From NCBI GenBank assembly GCA_043228905.1, contig JBHGNT010000011.1, forward strand, positions 1,178,001 through 1,242,000: DNA of 64,000 nucleotides, given 5' to 3'. The notes under the pieces were generated by a model. That model did not search any database and was not told the origin of the DNA. It saw only the letters and a list, made by a program, of their open reading frames with translations. Made by a program: the position numbers and the translations under genes. Of the stretch, positions 61,985 to 64,000 are shown in pieces. Each line of letters starts with the position of its first letter. Positions within the stretch are counted from its first letter, which is position 1. The DNA comes from Azolla caroliniana. Taxonomy: Eukaryota > Plantae > Polypodiophyta.

Positions 61985-64000
61985 TGTCGTGCCTTTCGGC
62001 TCCGGATCGTTGCGTGAGTCGGGTGGGAACCGCCGGGGTTTTGGACTAGGAAGAGGAGAGTTTTAAGGCTAATAAGAATATAAGTATGTTGTAAGAAAGA
62101 GTTATAGCAAACTCGTGAATCCCACAAGTGTATTGTATTTGATTAATCAATATGAATATAAGAATATAAATTTGGGTTGAAAGAGAATGATATAGAATCC
62201 TCGTGAATCCCACGAGTATAGTTTATTAATTGGTGTTTTTTAGAAACATATCCAGTTTCCAAATATTTTTCACACACAATTACATTGTGCTCCCCATCCT
62301 TATGTAGTGATGGGAGAGACTAAGCATAGCTACATGCTTTTTTTTCTAATATGTTCATGCACACTAAATATGCATGGTTTACCTTTTAATAAAGGTAGGC
62401 GCAAATAAAGCACTTATAGTTATTAAATCTATTTATAGAACACTAAAGATAAGGTAGCATAATGGTAAAGTTGAGGTTTGGCTACGTGGAGGTACAGGGT
62501 TCGAATCCTGCCCTATGCACGTGATAAATATCTTGATATATTATTTTATTTATTTATATGTAATTAAATCGGTTATATTATTTTTACTTTTTCACGTAGT
62601 GTACGAAATACACTACGACACTCGCCCCCTCCGAACCCGCACATCCTCCGGTATGTGCCGAAGTTGCCGATGCTCGTTGTCTCCCCTTCATCCTCCGTTT
62701 GTCCCGCTATGTCAACTTTGTCTCTCCATTTTGAGTAGACCCATTCTTTTCACCCGAACCATTGTCGCCATCTGATCCACCATATTCTTTGTTCTCTCTC
62801 GTCATATTCTTGGCCCTTGTCATTCGTGGTAGTGTCTTTTACTAGCCTCTTTCTTGTCTTCATCAACCTTGACTTTTTTCCGGATCGCTCTCGTCCGATC
62901 GACTTTCAGTTTGATCGGCTTCCGATCGGATTCGTATTCGGCCGAATCGGAATCGGTTGTTCGGTTTCGATTGAGTCGGTCTCCTTCCGGCCTGGTTTCG
63001 GTTTCGGTTTCGGTTCGCTTTCTTTTCCTCGTTTTCACCAGCCTCGACTGGTCCAACCTCCGGTTGAGTCGAATTAGCTTCTTTCCGGATCGATCTCGTC
63101 CGATTGGCTTTCGGCTAGGTCGGCTTCCATCCATATTCGCGTTCAGCCAAGTCAGACTCGGTCGATCGGTTTTGACCGAGTCGACCCCTTTTCGGGTCGG
63201 CTTTCTTTCGGGTCGTCTTTCGGCCGAATCCTCATTCGCCCGGTTCGGCTTTCGTTTGTGTCGTCTTTCGGCCGAATTCTCTTCCTTTCGGTTCGGCTTT
63301 CTTTCGGGTCGACTTTCGGTCGAATCCTCTTTTACCCGGTTAGGCTTTCTTTCGGATCGGAATCCCGTCCGGATCACCTTCCATCCGAACCGGCTTCCGA
63401 CTTTACCTTTCTTGCCGCCACCTCCCGTCTCTCCGGTCTCACGTTGCTTCTCGAATACAACCGCCGAAGTCTCTAGAATTAGTGGGTAGGAATCCTCGGT
63501 ATTATCATCCTCCGTTGTTTCACCCATAGCCATATTCTCGGCTATCTCTCTGTCGTATGCATCGACTTCAACCTTTGTTTTCTCTCCGCCACCTTCCGTC
63601 TCTTCGGTCTCACGTTGCCTTTCGAACGCAACCGCCGGAGTCTCTGGAATTAGTGGTGGGGAAGTCTCGATATGGCCATCCGTCGTTGATTCGTCCATAG
63701 CCACCTTCAATTCGATGTCATCTTTCGTGGCGACCTCCTCAATCAAGTCCTCTTTGCTCTCTTTCACTGCATCAATTATGTTTACCCCTTTTTCACCCGA
63801 TGTTTCGGACACTTGTATTCTGAAATCTTCTTCTACACTTGGGTTATCGGCCTTATCCTTCGTCGTTGTTCTTTCGCAAGACAAGAGGGTAGCTTGTTTT
63901 ACACCCTCTTCCGTCGCACCATCATGTTGTATTTCGGCCTTCATATCGGCTCCATCGTTTGTCTTCAATCGACCATCCTTCATCGGCCATGTCGTTGACA
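61985..64000 (-). mobile_element. 3' end of a gypsy-type element: low-complexity ORF 63983-62820, PPT and 3' LTR 62620-61985
   Basis: Minus-strand ggcacataccggaggatgtgcgggttcggagggggcgag|TGTCG matches the pre-LTR motif at ~13000 and ~48130. Confidence 0.8.
62452..62515 (+). other. tRNA-like cassette in LTR U3 (antisense)
   Basis: A-box TAGCATAATGGTA, variable GAGGTA, consensus B-box GGTTCGAATCC. Confidence 0.7.

Overview
Eukaryotic land-plant genomic DNA, probably from a non-seed plant such as a fern. That assignment is inferred from intron-containing plant genes and Tcn1-like self-priming chromoviruses. Four host genes are readable: a DUF936/CORD-family gene (partial, -), a 5-exon clade-F PP2C (-), a 5-exon SOG1-like NAC factor (+) and an intronless CRF-domain gene lacking an AP2 domain (-). 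Most of 9-17.7 kb and 29-64 kb is a nest of Ty3/gypsy, Ty1/copia and LINE elements, solo LTRs and MITEs, many delimited by eye with TSDs. Four observations stand out. (1) A decayed, intron-containing beta-class N4C/N6A DNA methyltransferase gene at about 17.7-19 kb. (2) tRNA-like A/B-box cassettes, nearly always antisense in U3, in about ten LTR copies from several gypsy families. (3) A 19-kb insertion bounded by two inverted LTR U3 ends and one 5-bp TSD. (4) An exact 11-nt Tf1-type self-priming PBS. All calls are by manual reading; no searches were run.
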